A stretch of DNA of 32,000 nucleotides, taken from contig JAPLWK010000004.1 in the NCBI GenBank assembly GCA_026396615.1, positions 10,826-42,825 on the forward strand. The letters run 5' to 3'. The translations under genes and the position numbers were made by a program. The stretch's first letter is position 1. Each line of letters begins with the position of its first letter. Of this stretch, positions 30,895-32,000 are shown one piece after another. The notes beneath the pieces are model-generated. The model was not told where the DNA came from, did no database searches, and saw only the letters and a program-made list of their open reading frames with translations. This DNA is from a candidate division WWE3 bacterium. Lineage in GTDB: Bacteria > Patescibacteriota > WWE3 > JAPLWK01.

Positions 30895-31365
30895 TTACTT
30901 TAAAGACGACTCCAGTGCGTTTATAACCGCTTCTAAACGGAGCTCAAAAGTCTCGCCGCTAAAGAATTGTTCGTCTACACTAAGAGGTTTTGATCGTAGT
31001 ATCGGCCTTTTGATAATTTGACAAAAATCTCCACACTTTATAAAGAAATCTATGCCACGATGATAATTAGCGGTATCGTTAAAACCGTCAACAATAAGTT
31101 TAGCTACTTCCGCCAAGTCTAAAATCTTCTTGCCAGAGATTTGAGCCGTGAAGGCCGCCATGTGATAGTGCTTCCACTCCAGACCAACCCTCACCCCACC
31201 CAGTGAACTTTCTGCGATTATGATCTCTAAAAAATCAACTTTTGACCCACTCCTAACTGGTAACGACCAGATATAGTTACTATTGAGTCGTGTGCCCCTA
31301 TCCCGATGACCAAAACTTCGCAAATAATTTACTTGCAGACTGTTAATACAGTTCTGAGTTGACAT
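30895..31365 (-). CDS. hypothetical protein, 156 aa
   Basis: ATG 31365 preceded by AAAGGGAGGAAGAG. No recognised motif. Weak similarity to the upstream neighbour. Confidence 0.6.
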   Translation of the reverse strand: MSTQNCINSLQVNYLRSFGHRDRGTRLNSNYIWSLPVRSGSKVDFLEIIIAESSLGGVRVGLEWKHYHMAAFTAQISGKKILDLAEVAKLIVDGFNDTANYHRGIDFFIKCGDFCQIIKRPILRSKPLSVDEQFFSGETFELRLEAVINALESSLK

Positions 31366-31391
31366 CTCTTCCTCCCTTTCTAATTTAGTTC

Positions 31392-31437
31392 TTAAAAGGC
31401 CCAAGGTGTTTAATTTAAAAAAAACACTTCGGGCCTT
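31392..31437 (-). terminator. intercistronic hairpin / terminator-like structure
   Basis: About 14-bp stem (GGCCCGAAGTGTTT / AAACACCTTGGGCC with one mismatch), followed on the minus strand by TTTTAAG. Confidence 0.5.
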
Positions 31438-31452
31438 ATTTACAACCTATTT

Positions 31453-31893
31453 CTATGCTTTAACTTCCAATTGCGCGGCTAGTAATGCGTTAACAATCAA
31501 AGTATCTGGCGAAACGTTGCTACTACCTGTAATTAACTGCCTGTTTCCATTGCAAAGAACTTCAAAAATTACCTCCTTATTTTCAAGGGCGCACTTCTGA
31601 ACCCGTGCAATAACATTGTATAGCGCCTCGTGCAGCGGTGGTAGCGCTTCTGTGATACTGTAGGCCCAGCTAGTAATCTTGGAACGCTTATGCCAGGCAA
31701 TTTCGGTCGTAATAATCTTGCTTACTACGTTATGCGAAAGTTTTAGCTGTAAAAACAAACTTTGCCTCTTACCACCAACTTCAACTGAAACCGGCAATAA
31801 CCAAGCCGAGGTGGCTATGCCATTTACTGACATTTTCTTGTAAAAAAGGTCAAAAAGCGCCTTTAGTTGAAAGGTGCACAGTGTGGAATTCAT
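31453..31893 (-). CDS. hypothetical protein, 146 aa
   Basis: ATG preceded by AGAGGAGAG. No recognised motif. Confidence 0.6.
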   Translation of the reverse strand: MNSTLCTFQLKALFDLFYKKMSVNGIATSAWLLPVSVEVGGKRQSLFLQLKLSHNVVSKIITTEIAWHKRSKITSWAYSITEALPPLHEALYNVIARVQKCALENKEVIFEVLCNGNRQLITGSSNVSPDTLIVNALLAAQLEVKA

Positions 31894-32000
31894 TTGATAC
31901 TCTCCTCTATCTTAATTTAGTGGCTATAGGGTAACACTTTTTGGAAAGGTTGTAAAATTAACTTGACGCTACGCTTAATTAGCTTGGAAAAGCGCCATAA

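Noticed and set aside
1-32000. Alternative genetic code (UGA as a sense codon, as in some candidate phyla)
   Set aside because: Long conserved proteins (DnaB, DnaX, PBP1A, CysRS, YchF) are uninterrupted under the standard code, and TGA terminates ORFs such as pth, dgkA and 9672-10127 at sensible lengths.

Overview
Gene-dense (about 90% coding) 32-kb stretch of a compact bacterial chromosome that uses the standard genetic code: conserved proteins are uninterrupted and TGA ends several ORFs. The housekeeping backbone is ychF, an M16 peptidase, a class A PBP, efp, an NCS2 permease, tRNA-Leu(CAA), tRNA-Thr(UGU), tRNA-Ala(CGC), dnaB, rpmE, prfA, dgkA, recR, dnaX, pth, an M50 protease, secE-nusG-rplK-rplA, an MFS transporter, cysS and rplJ-rplL. 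Tiny or overlapping intergenic spacers, shortened proteins, many leaderless-looking starts and palindromic intergenic repeats suggest a small-genome uncultivated lineage (Patescibacteria/CPR-like). That placement is inference only. I see no rRNA, CRISPR array, integrase, transposase or reverse transcriptase. Between the core genes sit several orphan loci. (1) A four-gene membrane/lipoprotein operon (15324-17809). (2) A tightly coupled operon of three small proteins (22211-22949). (3) A divergent orphan pair next to tRNA-Leu (8888-10127). (4) A SAM-methyltransferase-like gene abutting tRNA-Ala, followed by a Phd/VapC toxin-antitoxin pair. (5) Two small possibly paralogous ORFs, one interrupted by an in-frame TAA (28836-29309). 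(6) Two possibly paralogous orphan genes at the window end (30895-31893). Three noncoding repeat families explain most of the remaining intergenic DNA. Family 1 is a MITE/REP-like element with GTCATTCCGG termini (7 copies, all between 14.6 and 30.8 kb). Family 2 is a 34-bp dyad unit, TGACA-N22-TGTC(A/C), with at least 7 units, three of them near-identical and three tandem upstream of rplJ. Family 3 is a 30-nt GAGGACGCATC palindrome present once intergenically and once in-frame inside ychF. My best candidates for an undescribed system are the membrane operon, the three-small-protein operon and the 34-bp dyad network that sits beside these orphan loci. None can be assigned a function from sequence alone.
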